A DNA stretch of 64,000 nucleotides from Octopus vulgaris (taxonomy: Eukaryota), in assembly GCA_951406725.2 (NCBI GenBank), contig OX597818.1:138322001-138386000 (forward strand), written 5' to 3'. The position numbers and the translations under genes were made by a program. Position 1 is the first letter of the stretch. Every line of letters begins with the position of its first letter. The notes under the pieces were generated by a model. The model did not search any database. It was not told the DNA's origin and saw only the letters and a program-made list of their open reading frames with translations. Shown piece by piece: positions 26,600 to 40,429 of this stretch.

Positions 26600-26935
26600 G
26601 TGACAAAGCTGTACACTTCAAATTAGGGGTACAATCCACCAGATTGACTTCAACACACTTCCCACCTATTCAGCATAGTTCCCTGGTCCCTTGTTCTGAG
26701 GGTTCTCAGAATTCATCCAGCCATTCACATGCACACTGCCACCATCTTGGTGACATGCATGTGAAACGAGGCACCGTTGCTCATATCAATCCCAAAATCG
26801 CGCACCGTATATGATTCTAGGATTTCCGCTCCTTTTGGTCCAAAGTATCCTTGTTGTGACTTCTGAGCACCTATTAGCTGGTAGCGGAGGGCTTAGAATT
26901 TGCATTAAATTGCATGTTGTTGTCCTCAGCCCATA
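26600..26935 (-). mobile_element. CR1/L2-group LINE reverse-transcriptase C-terminal fragment, degenerate
   Basis: Manual translation gives AEDNNMQFNAN..VRDFGIDMSNGASFHMHVTKM..ILRTLRTRD, with stops. Confidence 0.7.
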
Positions 26936-27101
26936 TATACATATAGTAATGTAGGTGCTACCCTGCACTCTCAGAGTCACATTTAGTGACAGTTGCATTC
27001 TTCCTTTTTGGTTTCATACCGCTTATAGCCACCTTCGATAATTTTCACAGTAGCATTTTGCTGAATCATCCACTGATTCATATGGTAAATACTATATACT
27101 G

Positions 27102-27484
27102 TGGAGGGGCAATAGCCCAGTGGTTAGGGCAGCGGACTCGCGGTCGTAGAATCGCGGTTTCGATTCCCAGACCGGGCGTTGTGAGTGTTTATTGAGCGAA
27201 AACACCTAAAGCTCCACGAGGCTCCGGCAGGGGATGGTGGTGATCCCTGCTGTACTCTTTCACCACAGCTTTCTCTCACTCTTACTTCCTGTTTCTGTTG
27301 TACCTGTATTTCAAGGGGCCGGCCTTGTCACTCTCTGTGTCACGCTGAATATCCCCGAGAACTACGTTAAGGGTACACGTGTCTGTGGAGTGCTCAGCCA
27401 CTTACACGTTAATTTCAGGAGCAGGCTGTTCCGTTGATCGGATCAACCGGAACCTTCGTCGTCGTAACCGACGGAGTGCTTCCA
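27102..27484 (+). mobile_element. SINE family A, full length
   Basis: A/B boxes present; TSD actatatactg (27091-27101 and 27493-27503). Confidence 0.9.
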
Positions 27485-27585
27485 TCACCATCACTATATA
27501 CTGACAGTCAGGATTTGACCGAACCATTCAGCGATGGACTAGTCATCGCTGAAGGGCTTTACTTTCAAACGAAACTACAATTCGG

Positions 27586-28796
27586 TCAGGTTGTCAAGAA
27601 AGTTCTTGCGGTTTTTAATCTTTAAATTCAGATGCACATATTTCTGCTCAGACAAAACTTTATTAATCGAAATAAACACCATCAGAATCAAAAAACTTTT
27701 GCCAACGCGAAACAAGTTTATTTATGCCAGTAGCGTAAAAATCCTGCGATCTGGTGGCGATGAAGTCGTTGAAGGCGTGTTTGGCATCGTCTTAGCTTTT
27801 GAAGCATTCCTTACGCAGGAAGTTGTCGAGATGCTTGAAAAAGTGGTAGTCGGTAGGCAAGAGGTCTGGTGAATATGGCGGACGAGGTAGAGTTTCATAG
27901 CCCAAGTCGTGCTGGTTGTTGTTGTCGGAGTTTCTTATGCATTTCATCCATTTGCTGACAGTGCTTCTTCGCCGTAATGGTTTCGCCTGGATCCAAAAAG
28001 CTGTGATGGATGAGACCGGCCGCAGACCACCAAACAGTCACCATGGCCTTCTTTTGATGCAACTTTGGCTTCGGAAAGTGCTTCAGAAAGTGCTTCGGAA
28101 AGTAGAGCTTCACCGGCGTCTAACCACTGAGCTGAGCGTCGTCGGTTGTCGTAAAGAATCCACTTTTCATCGCAAGTCACAATCCGGTCGAGAAACGGGT
28201 CGTTCTTGTTGCGTAAATGAAGGGAAGACGACACTTCAAAACGGCGTTCTTTTTGGTTATCGTTCAATTCGTGCGGCACCCATTTCTCAAGTATTCTCTT
28301 TCAAGTGGTTGGAAATTGTCGTATACGTTATGTCTAATTCAGAAGCAAGCTCTCGAACAGTTGTGCATGGATTGGCTACGACTAAGGCTCTTAGTTGATC
28401 GTTGTGAACTTGTAATGGCCGACCACAACGCTTATCATCTTCAAGACTTTCGTCACCGCTACGAAATTTCTTGAACCACCATTGTGCTGTACGTTCATTA
28501 GTGGTTCCTGGGCCAAACGCATCGTTGATATCGCGAGCTGTTTCAGCAGCTTTTCGGCCTAGCTTGAACTGGAATAAGAAAATTGTGCGAATTTGCTTTT
28601 TGTCCATGTTGTATTCAAAGTTCCGGAAAAAATGGCCTAATTATTCAAAAAGAAAAAGAGTAACACGATTAGATAGAGCGAAAACCGGGCTTTAAAATGA
28701 TATATAAACTCTAAGTAATTTAACGAAAATAAATTTGAAAATACATTATTTCAAACCAAAAGTAAAAATTCCGCAAGAACTTTCTTGACAACCTAA
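27586..28796 (-). mobile_element. Mariner DNA transposon (Hsmar1/cecropia-like), defective
   Basis: TIRs aggttgtcaagaaagttcttgcgg (27588) and ccgcaagaactttcttgacaacct (to 28794), the latter followed by aa+TA. Confidence 0.92.
27663..28607 (-). pseudogene. Mariner transposase pseudogene
   Basis: MDKKQIRTIFLFQFKLG..WWFKKFRSGDESLEDD..GRP, WVPHEL, IVTCDEKWILYDN, VTVWWS and YSPDLLPTDYHFF are spread over several frames. The HDNA region is deleted. Confidence 0.92.
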
Positions 28797-28989
28797 TAGC
28801 ATGATGATCTCGCTCGCTTTGGGGCGGTTAGGTCTCCTGTCAGTACATAGACTTGTGTTTCTTTAAGGCTAAGAGAGCTTTTACCTCTTATTTCTAGCAA
28901 TGTAGGTCCTACTCAGCCCTATCAGTCACAATTAGTGACAATTGCATTCTTTCTTTTTTGGTTTTATATTGCTTATAACCGCCTTCATT

Positions 28990-29004
28990 ATTGTGTGTGT
29001 GTGT

Positions 29005-29049
<45 letters not shown>

Positions 29050-29612
29050 CGTGTGTGTGTGTGTATGTGTGTGTGTGTGCATGTGTGTGAGCGTGTATGT
29101 GTGTGTGTGTATGTGTGCGTGTGTGTGCATGTGTGTGAGCGTGTGTGTGTGTGTGTGTGTGCGTATGTGTGTGCATGTGTGTGAGCGTGTGTGTGTGCAT
29201 GTGTGTGAGCGTGTATGTGTGTGTGCGTATGTGTGTGCATGTGTGTGTGTGTGTGTGTGCGTATGTGTGTGCATTTGTGTGAGCGTGTATGTGTGCATGT
29301 GTGTGAGCGTGTATGTGTGTGTGTGTGTGTGTATGCGTGTGTGTGTGCATGTGTGTGAGCGTGTGTGTGTGTGCGTGTGCGCGTGTGCATGTGTGTGTGT
29401 GCGTGTGTGTGTGTGTGTGCGTGTGTGTGTGCATGTGTGTGAGCGTGTGTGTGTGTGCGTGTGTGTGTGCATGTGTGTGAGCGTGTATGTGTGTGCGTGT
29501 GTGTGTGTGTGTGTGCGTATGTGTGTGCATTTGTGTGAGCGTGTATGTGTGCATGTGTGTGAGCGTGTATGTGTGTGTGTGTGTGTGTGCGTATGTGTTT
29601 GTGTGTGTGCGG
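28990..29612. repeat. (GT)n-derived compound minisatellite with recurring gcatgtgtgtgagc
   Basis: Read directly. Confidence 0.9.
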
Positions 29613-30038
29613 GTGTGTACTAACTCAACAGTGCTATTCGGGTTTCTGCTTGCAAGCCATCATATGTAATAAAGCGCGATATACATACAGTCAATAATTT
29701 GTATCTTTGTGCGTGTGTTTGTATGTATGTAACTGTGTATGTGACTGAGTATACGGATGCGTATGCATTTAGCTGTATATGGATGATATGGCATTTAGCT
29801 GTTTTAACGAGATAAATGCGAAAAAGACGGAGTTTACATATTCTATAGACATTTTCAAAAAAAAAAAAAATAATAAAAAGATGTTAAATTTTAGGCTAGA
29901 TTTTTTTTTAAGAACCAGAAATGCAAAACGTTTATAGAGGAAATATTTTTGGTGAGAGAATAAAGGCATTCGTGTCAGTGGGGGTAATTGGTGAACAATG
30001 GAAGAGACATTGGCAGCGGCGGAGCAAGTGAAAGAAAG

Positions 30039-30128
30039 AGCAATTGTGAGCCAAATATTTGATTGAGTAACTGTTATATATATATATATATTACAGTTAT
30101 TCAATCAAATATTTGGCTCACAATTGCT
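30039..30128. repeat. Inverted repeat (36-bp arms) around a (TA)n spacer
   Basis: agcaattgtgagccaaatatttgattgagtaactgt and its reverse complement, with 1 mismatch. Confidence 0.85.
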
Positions 30129-30131
30129 TAT

Positions 30132-30217
<86 letters not shown>

Positions 30218-30453
30218 TACATACATATATATTATATATGTGTATGTATGTATGTATGTGTATGTGTGTGAGATGCCTGTATATCTGCATTTGTATATCT
30301 GTATATGTACATTTATATATGTGTGTGTTTGTGTATATATATATATATCATACATACATACATATACTATATATATATATATATATATATCTGTGTGTGT
30401 GAGAGAATTTAAGGTATATATATATGTTTGTGTGTGTGTGTTCGTGTGTGTGC

Positions 30454-30533
<80 letters not shown>

Positions 30534-31115
30534 CTGTGTACGTGTGTATGTATGTATTTGAGTAAATGAAAATTACTGTTACCGATGAATAAGCGAGATA
30601 AAAGCAATTAGGTGGGTATCTGTTTAGGAAAGTGCGTATATGTGTGCGTGCGTGTGCTTGTACGCGTGTAGGCATGGATGTGTGTGTGTGTGAACGCGCG
30701 TGCACGTGTGTGTGTGTTTGCTATTAGTGGATATATAGATAACGGGAGATATATTGATGGTATGAGTCAGGATAAAAGAATTACGGTTACTCTGGCTGAT
30801 CCCTAAATAAATAAATAAATATGGAGTGAGATTATCTGAAAATCTTTTCTAAACTTTACGTGGCAATGTTTACGTCTTGGCATGCTTAAATTCAGAGAAC
30901 AGCAGCTCCCTCTCTATAAGTTTTAACAAAACCGCGAGAGGGTAATTAGTGAGCGTGATTTTGGTTAATTGTTGTAAAATTTTTTGAATTTCTGATGAAG
31001 CTACAGGGTGATACACAAGCACTCAACCATGAGTGCATTGCATCTTATAGCAGAAACAGTGTAAGTTAATGAAGTTCATGACGTCATTTCTTATTCCCTT
31101 ATCATTTATTTTATT

Positions 31116-31175
<60 letters not shown>

Positions 31176-31326
31176 ATATATATATATATACATATATATA
31201 CATACATGTATGTATACATGTATATATATATATATATTATATATATATGTATATGTGTATATATAAATATATATATATATACATATATACATATATGTAT
31301 GTATATGTATATATATATATACATAC

Positions 31327-31377
<51 letters not shown>

Positions 31378-31397
31378 CATATATACATATATGTATG

Positions 31398-31492
<95 letters not shown>

Positions 31493-31494
31493 GG

Positions 31495-31782
31495 GTGACC
31501 ATGACCATGGGACTGTACCAAGAAAGTTCCCCTGCGAGGCATAAATCCGGACAAGGTTGTTTATGGAAGACCAGCAGTCACCCGTACATACCAATCTCCC
31601 CTCTCCACGCCACTGATGTTCTCCAAGGCAGAGGCAAAGGCCGGCACAGCTTGGCACCTGTGACGTCGCAACTCATTTCCACAGCCCAGAGAACTGGAGC
31701 AATGTGAAATAAACTGTTTTGCTCAAGAACAAACACACAACTCGGTCTGGGAATCGAAGTCACTACCTCATGATTGTGAGAC
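31495..31782 (-). mobile_element. tRNA-derived SINE (further family), diverged
   Basis: B-box ttcgattcccagacc followed by gttcttgagcaaaac on the minus strand, with a body distinct from families A-D. Confidence 0.6.
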
Positions 31783-31879
31783 ACATACACACAGACACAT
31801 ACACACACTTACACATGCACATACACACACACACAGACACACACACACGAACACACACACACATATCTATATGGGCACA

Positions 31880-32160
31880 CTCAAACAACCATATACACTA
31901 CCGTCTGGAGACCTACTTGAACCATCGGATAATATCAGGGACTTAGGTGTAACTGTCGACAGCAACCTTAGCTGGAGTGTGCACATCAACAAAAAAGCCG
32001 ATGTTGCCTGCAGAATGTGCTCATGGATCCTCAGAACTTTCCAATCTAGGGATCATGAAACCATCATCCTTCTCTTCTCGACATTCGCTTTTTTCTCCTA
32101 GTCTTGGAGTCACAATCTTTACCCCGAACAAAAAAGTTTTAAAAAATATTGAGTCAATGA
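31880..32160 (+). mobile_element. CR1/L2-group LINE RT C-terminal fragment
   Basis: IRDLGVTVDSNLSWSVHINKKADVACRMCSWILRTFQSRD in ORF 31871-32101. Confidence 0.8.
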
Positions 32161-32287
32161 TGACAAATGTCTTTTATTGAGTATTATTAGCTGTGATTAT
32201 AATTGTATTAATGTATGTTTATGCAGATTACTGTCTGTATTATAATACTAAGGCCAACGCTTTAAATAATGTGTAGTTATGACAAAG

Positions 32288-32654
32288 TGGAGGCGCAATG
32301 GCCCAGTGGTTAGGGCAGCGGACTCGTGGTCGTAGGATCGCGGTTTCGATTCCCAGACCGGGCATTGTGAGTGTTTATTGAGCGAAAACACCTAAAGCTC
32401 CACGAGGCTCCTGCAGGGGATGGTGGTGAACCCTGCTGTACTCTTTCACCACAACTTTCTCTCACTCTTTCTTCCTGTTTCTGTTGTACCTGTACTTCAA
32501 AGGGCCAGCCTTGTCACGCTGAATCTCCTCGAGAACTACGTTAAGGGTACACGTGTCTCTGGAGTGCTCAGCCACTTGCACGTTAATTCCACGAGCAAGC
32601 TGTTCCGTTGATCGTATCAGCTGGGACCCTCATCGTCGTAACCGACGGAGTGCT
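32288..32654 (+). mobile_element. SINE family A
   Basis: A/B boxes present; TSD ttatgacaaag on both sides. Confidence 0.9.
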
Positions 32655-33009
32655 AGAAGAATTATGACAAAGGAGATACATAGTAAGTATTTGAAATTTT
32701 AAAATATAATCAGAAATTTACGAGTGGAGATTGTAGAAATAGGAAAGATATAGTTTGACTATTGCTAAAGCTTTCTAAGATTGGCTACATTTGACACGAA
32801 ATACTATAAAGCATCTGATATTTTTGTGTAATTTTCGTTGAATATTCTGTGGTATCCATGTTGCTGGAGGAAATACTTAATTCGGAGATAAAAAAAAGTA
32901 TTTACTAGACTGGTCTGACTGCAGCTCAGTTATACCGTGAATTAAACTATACTGTGTGTCATTTTTCTCTTCTTAGTAGATGATTATTTCCTATATATTG
33001 TGCTATGTT

Positions 33010-33241
33010 AAGGCGGCGAGCTGGCAGAAACGTTAGCACGCCGAGCGAAATGCGTGGCCGTATTTTTTCTGTCGTTACGTTCCGAGTTCAAATTCCGCCG
33101 AGGTCGACTTTGCCTTTCATCCTTTCGAGGTCGATAAATTAAGTACCAGTTACGCACTGGCGGCGATGTATCGACTTAATCAGTTTTTCTGTCCTTGTTT
33201 GTCCCCTCTGTGTTTAGCCCCTTGTGGGTAGTAAAGAAATA
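33010..33241 (+). mobile_element. SINE family B, full length
   Basis: TSD tatatattgtgctatgt (32992-33008 and 33242-33258). Confidence 0.9.
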
Positions 33242-33429
33242 TATATATTGTGCTATGTACTTTAATACATATACTTGTACATGCTTTGTACGTGTTTTTA
33301 TCTGTGTTTTAAAACTGACAAAAGTACATTATGGTAAAGTCATATTATTCTTTTAAAAATACTCATTAATCCTTTTGTTCACTTTTAGCATTATTTCGTG
33401 ACAGTTTCTGCGCTCTGAGTTCTAATACG

Positions 33430-33662
33430 TATTTCTTTATTGCCCACAAGGGGCTAAACATAGAGGGGACAAACAAGGACAGACATAGGTATTAAGTCGA
33501 TTACATCGACCCCAGTGCGTAACTGGTACTTAATTTTTCGACCCGGAAAGGATGAAAGGCAAAGTCGATCTCGGCGGAATTTGAACTCACCACGTAACGG
33601 CAGACGAAATACCGCTAAGCCTTTCGCCCGGCGTGCTAACGTCTCTGCCAGCTCATCGCCTT
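33430..33662 (-). mobile_element. SINE family B, full length
   Basis: TSD tctgagttctaatac (33414-33428 and 33665-33679). Confidence 0.9.
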
Positions 33663-34279
33663 GTTCTGAGTTCTAATACCGTAGAAGTAACAGTCGCCTT
33701 TCATCCTATCGGGATCGATAAATAAAGTATCATTCATTCTAGTACTTGGGTCGATTTTACTCTCTCTCTCCCTTCATTTCTCCACCCCTCCCTCTCTCTC
33801 TCTTTCTGAGTTGTACTTAGAATACGAAGGTCCGTTCCTTATCACTCTTATTCTTCCTAGAACTATGTTAAAAGTTCAGCTGTTTGCGGAATATTCAGCC
33901 ACTTACACGTTAGTTTCCCGTGTAGAAATTTAGTTTGTCAAACAAGTGAATGCTCATCGTAGAAAACCGACTGAGAACCCATCAGGTATACTACGAAATA
34001 TCCAAAGCTTTGACTGTTAAATATATGGTTTGATCACTAGCGTAATTCCTCTGCATTCATTGGACATTCTGGAAAAGACATGTGTGTGTGTGTCTGTGTG
34101 TGTCTGTGTGTGTATAAGTGTGTGTGTGTGTGTGTATGTGCGTGTGTATGAGCATGTGCGTGCGTGTGTGTGTAGGTGTGTATGTGTGTTTCTGTGAGCT
34201 TGCGTTCGGTATGGTGTTAGTGTGAATTTACGTATATGATTTGAGGAAATGCCATAAAGGTTTTACACACACACACACG

Positions 34280-34347
<68 letters not shown>

Positions 34348-34461
34348 CACACATACACACACACACAAACACGCGCACACATTCAGAGAAAGAAAAAGAA
34401 TGATAGACACACAGACAGACAGATAGATAGATAGATAGATAGATAAACGCATCATACATAC

Positions 34462-34497
<36 letters not shown>

Positions 34498-35022
34498 GTG
34501 TGTGTGTGCGTGTCTATATATGTATATATATACATATATACACATACACACAAATACAGTCACACATATCCATATATATATATATATATACTATATGTAC
34601 GTATATACTACATTATGTATAGTATATACGTATATACTAAGTACGTATACACAGTATACTTATATGTGTTTATATGTATGTATACGTCTGTAATTCTATG
34701 TAGAGATGTATTCAGTTGCGGTTGTAGAAGTGTCAATGTCTGATGCTCATTTCAAGCAAGGAGTCTTCGTCCAATCTGGTGGCCAGTTGAAATGGCTCTG
34801 ACGACACACCATAATTACTACTTTTAGTAAGACTTTGGCACCCATTTGATATTGATGCGCGCCACTCAGAGTAATTATTACTCTCGGCGAAATGTTCCTC
34901 AACTTTTATGTCCGTTCTTATATTGCTGTGCCACTCTCTCACAAATAGCCAAACCGGGGACACTGTATATGGATGCTAGACATGCTAGAATTAACAGTCA
35001 ACTCTCTCTCTCTCTCTCTCTC

Positions 35023-35095
<73 letters not shown>

Positions 35096-35837
35096 GTCTC
35101 TTTGCCTCTTTCATTTTCTCTTTCTCTGTCTCTCTCGACTCTCTCTCTCTTCTCTCTCCTTCTCTCTCTCTTTCTCTCTCTTTTTCTCTCTAATATCATC
35201 CTACAGTCTTTTCTCCTCCCTTCTCTCTCTTTCTCTCTTTCTCTCGTCTCTTATCTCTCTCTCTTTTGTCTCTCTCTCTCTCTCTCTCTGTCTCTGTATT
35301 TGTCTTTTTGTCTCTCTCTCTCTCTCTCGACTCCCTCCCTCTTTTTCTCTCTTCTTCTCTCTCTCTCTCTCTCTTCCTCTCTTTCTCTCTCTAATAACAT
35401 CCTACAGAGACACATTGAATAATAGTGACCCTTCTTGCCATACGTGTAAATAAAAGATGGAGTTGTCATGGATGGAATGTTCTTCTTTTATTTTATTTAT
35501 CTAGTTTGCATTTATAGTTCTACTTTGACCTGATTCTAAACAAGTGCCAGTTATGTGTTGAGGTTAAACCTTCAACCCAAATTAGTGATCTCGGGTCATC
35601 TGTAAAACAGCGAATTGGTAAAGATCGATAAAGCGTTAGACAGAATGCGAGTTCTAATCCTTTCGAAGTCAACATTGTTTTCCAATCTTCTAGGATCCGT
35701 AAAATAAAGTACCAGTAAAATACTGGTGTCTGTTTAATTGTAGCATCTCCACTTCCTTAAAACGTGATTTTGAGGTCATATCAGTAAAAGAGAGTAACCA
35801 GGTAGTTGAACTGTATTTAGTTAAGTCCTTTTTAATC

Positions 35838-36098
35838 CAGGGTTCTCAAAACCACTGTTTTGCCTATGGATACCTTTGACACCTATTTTACTGTACTGGA
35901 CCTCCCTAACCATTCGATATGAGTGTGTGTATAAATTCTACAATATTTTTATTATTACATATAAGGAATTGTATTTTTTTTTTAATCAAATTATTTTGTG
36001 TATTGTAGAACTATAAGCAATTTATTTCACATAAATTTTAACAAAAAATGTTATATTGACCCCCAAGAGCCATAAGGATTCTGGTTAAGAATCTCAGA
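35838..36098. mobile_element. hAT-type MITE, decayed
   Basis: cagggttctcaa...ggttaagaatctcag; internal sequence resembles 36678-37022. Confidence 0.5.
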
Positions 36099-36677
36099 TT
36101 CAAATTTTATGATCAAAGCTCGCCTTTTATTATTTTGAGATTGATAAAATTAAGTATTAGTCAAGTACTATGGTCAGTATAATCGACTGTACCTTCCACC
36201 CAAATTTAGTGACCATGTAACATGTTGGAAACCATTATTACTAATTTCTTTGATGCATATACCCAAAATAAGGGAACACTTAAAAGTGTAACCTATCAAC
36301 ATAAATACCGTAGCTAGAAAGTATTCATTTTCGTCATACTACTATAATCTATCATAAAATAATATAGGCACATAGTTAACGTTGCAATCATAAGAGTTGT
36401 TATTGCTAATCCAACGATGCTAACTTCGTTGCAATCTTCCGTTATTGAATGCTGTGTTCTGAGGACTTGAGAATTGTGTCTCTCTCTCTTCAAGCAGTGT
36501 AAAAGATGTCACATTCCTCTTTAGCCAGTATTCTCAGACCAGTGACGTTGTATCTAAAATGCCGAAAAGAAGACATCGCTATATCTAACTGAATGAAACT
36601 ATCGTACAAGAAAGACTATCACAAAGTGATGGCGGTTTCTTCATGTCTAAAGATCATAAAGAAGTAACTATTTTAAC

Positions 36678-37022
36678 CAGGGTGTTTCAACCCTTTTTAT
36701 CTGTAGACCCCTTTGATTATTTTATTCTGGTTCACTTTCATAGTTATTCGATGTTTAAAAACATAGTTTTAGAGAAACATCTTTCAAAATTCCTATTTTG
36801 TTTCTCACACATTCCTTTGTGTAGGTTGGCCTATGTAATGCGTTACAGAAAGACCTAGCTGTTTCTTGCAAAACATACCAATACATACATCTAAAGCAAC
36901 ATTTTTTCAGGGCCCCTTAAAATACTATTGAGAATACCTAATTCAATATTTTGTTGCGTGGACCACCCAAAAATCTCATATGGACCCTCAGGGGCCATAT
37001 GGGCCCCGGTTGAGAACCACTG
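36678..37022. mobile_element. hAT (Charlie/Buster-type) MITE
   Basis: Termini cagggtgtttcaacc and ggttgagaaccactg; imperfect 8-bp TSD attttaac/atttaaat. Confidence 0.65.
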
Positions 37023-38561
37023 ATTTAAATTGATTCTTTACGCTGAAGGACTTTTCTTCTTTCCTGCCATTAGTTAGTTTTAAAGCGAGAGTCAATCTGC
37101 TCGATCCAATCCCACCCTTTAGACTTGGAGGTTTGGCCTCAATGGTTCAGCGGACTATGACGGCTGCGGTGACTTGCAAGCTATAAGTTTTACGCTGGAG
37201 TGACCTTCACTTAGGTGTATTGCTTTATAGGCCTGGGGGGCTCCATCTACCTTGAAGATACTGGAAGATTGTCAAAGAGGGCACCGGACCGCCTGAAAGA
37301 GTCCACTTTGATTTGCTGTCCAGGTTGACTCCCTTCGCCTATTCCTTTCCCAAGGTGCTCACAAGACGGTGAGGGTTTGTGCTTGGGGTTTCTTCCAGAA
37401 CATGCTAGTTGACACATAACTGGGACCCTAACAGGTGCTACTATTCCGAGTCAGAATAAACCTGGGAGTAACAGGGGCCAAGAGGTGGTTTCTCAATCCT
37501 CAAAAGCCTGGAAATCCCAGCCAGGGACTTACTACCAGGTGCAGAAACCGCTAAATACACAACATAGAATTATCTTCTTAGGAGCATATAGTGGAATATA
37601 AACACACAAATACACACACACACACACACAGTTACATACATATACACACAGATACATTCATACATACACAGATACATACATACATAATACATACATACAT
37701 ACATACACAGATACATACATACACATACATACATACACACACACATACATACATACATACAAACATACATACATACATACATACATACATACATACACAC
37801 ACACATACATACATACATACATACATACACACACATACATACATACATACATGCATACAAACACACACACAGATACATACATACATACACACATACAACA
37901 GACAGAAAACATGGGTGATAAACCAAAAGCAAAACGAGATGAATAAACAACAACACGACGCACAAACAAGCAGAATGTCAAAGAGAAATACGAACGGTCA
38001 CACAGACAGACAAGCAGACAGACAGACAGACAGACAATGGAACGCTCATTCCATTTCTGACTAAACCAGAAATATTTTATCTTCTACGACAGCCACAAGT
38101 TTTCTCAGCCTCACTTACTCCTCCTCCTCCTCCTCCTCCTCCTCTACCCTCTATCCTCTTAAAATGTCTACAATGTGTTTCTTTATTCGAAACCGTTCTC
38201 TCTTTTTTCCTTTACTTTTCTTTTTGTTTTCTTCTTACAATGCGTGTTAATCCACACACCCACCATCACCAACCTTCCCACCACTACTACCACCACCACC
38301 AACACCTTCACCAACACCAACACCACCACCATTGCTGTGTTGCTTTCACCTTCGCATTAACACACTTCTCACCGAGTTTCCTAGTAATTCATCACATCAC
38401 ATTTCTTCATCGTCATCATCATCACACTTCATCATTGTCATCGTGCTCTTATGATACGCGTGTGCATGTATACGTGTGTATATGCATGTGTGTGTGTGTC
38501 TGTGTGTACGTATATGTAAATACATAAGTAAATATATATATATATATATGTATTCATTTTT

Positions 38562-38730
38562 TAGAAGTGGCTGTATGGTAAGTAGCTTGCTTACGAACCA
38601 CATAGTTCCGGGTTCAGTCTCACTGAGTGGCACCTTGGGTTAGTGTCTTCTACTATAGCCTCGGGCCGACCAAAGCCTTGTGAGTGGATTTGGTAGACGG
38701 AAACTGAAAGAAGCCCGTCGTATATATGTG

Positions 38731-38786
<56 letters not shown>

Positions 38787-38996
38787 TGTGTTTGTGTTTG
38801 TGTGTCTGTGTTTGTCCCCTCCAGCATCGCGTGACAACCGATGCTGGTGTGTTTACGTCGTCGTAACTAAGCGGTTCGGCAAAAGTGACCGATAGAATAA
38901 GTACTAGGCAGATAGAAGAAGTCCTGGGGTCGATTTGCTCGACTAAAGGCGGTGCTCCAGCATGGCCACAGTCAAATGACTGAAACAAGTAAAAGA
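38562..38996 (+). mobile_element. SINE family C
   Basis: Similarity to 46759-47189. Confidence 0.88.
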
Positions 38997-40204
38997 GCAA
39001 GCGTTTCAGCTCAAAGGTTGTAGCCACGTTAGAATATCACCTTTTGAATGACCATTTCTGTGTGTATGTCTTTTGGTAAAAGAGAGAGTTTGTTATTTCT
39101 GCCCTCGTTTGAGTTTCTTGCTGTGATGTAGGTTCATCAGGGATCTTGGACAGCAGAAGCTCTCAGGTTGTTTCTTGAAAACTTCTACTCACCACTCTGG
39201 CAAAACATTAAATAGCTGTGGGCGTTTGAATCCCGAGCTATTGCAGCATTTAGTCTTCATTCTAGACGGGATACGCGGGACATTTTGAAACAGTGTAAAT
39301 TCTACGGGAGCAGAGGAATATATTCAGTTACTTCTCATCTAGAAACATTCATAACCGCCACCACCACCACCACCACCATCACCACCACCACCATCACCAC
39401 CACCACCACCATCACCACCACCACCACCACCACCACCACCACCACAACCACCACTACCAAAAAACCCACGATTTAAAATGTTTTCAGACGCTCAACCAGC
39501 AACAAACAACAGCTAAATCTTAAAGTTAATCCCAATGGTTTCAAATTTTGGCACAAGGCCAGCAATTTCAGGGCTGGGGTAAGTCGATTACATCTAACCC
39601 CAGGGCTCAGCTGGTACTTATTTTATCGACCCTAATGGTTAAGGCCTTTAACTCTTAAATATTTTGTAAAATTTCACATAAACACGCTTTCATTACCACC
39701 ACCATCATTCCTATCAGATACCACTGCGACCATTAATACCATCCTTATCATTCCTACAAATACCACCACCAACACCACCACTACCATCGCCATGCCTATA
39801 ACTCCAACCACTAACACCACCACCATCACTATCTCTCCTACTAACAGCAACAACTCTCTCTCTCTCTCTCTATTTATCTATCTATCTCCCTCTATTTCTT
39901 CTCTCTCTCTCACCACCATCACCATCTTTATCATCACTATCACTACCTCCCCTATGAAGTGCTAGACGCTATGTACTAACCTACACACCGCTACAACACA
40001 CTTCCAATCAACACCACCACCACTACCGTCACCACCACCACCACCAAAACTACGAGCACTACCACCACTGCCACCGCCACCGCCACCGCCGCTGCCGCAT
40101 TTATGTCGTAAATAAAGGTGAGCTGACATGACAGAAGAGAATAATCGTAAATTCCAATAAAACGACTTCACGACATAGAAAGGCGACAACAACAACAACA
40201 ACTT

Positions 40205-40250
<46 letters not shown>

Positions 40251-40429
40251 CACCATCATCTTCACCACTACCACCACTACTACTATAGCAGCATCACAAA
40301 GACGGCTACACAACTCCAGGATCATTAGAACAACTATAACAACAATAACAACAACAACAGCAACCGCTAAACAACACAATAACGACATCTGGTTCAACAC
40401 AATAACGCATCATTGACAACTACAACAAT

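Noticed and set aside
27102-27180. tRNA genes at SINE heads
   Set aside because: The A/B boxes are followed by SINE bodies and TSDs; no standalone cloverleaf with a terminator is present.
37100-37550. GC-richer island
   Set aside because: It looks like an old repeat or UTR fragment, but I could not support any family or coding assignment.
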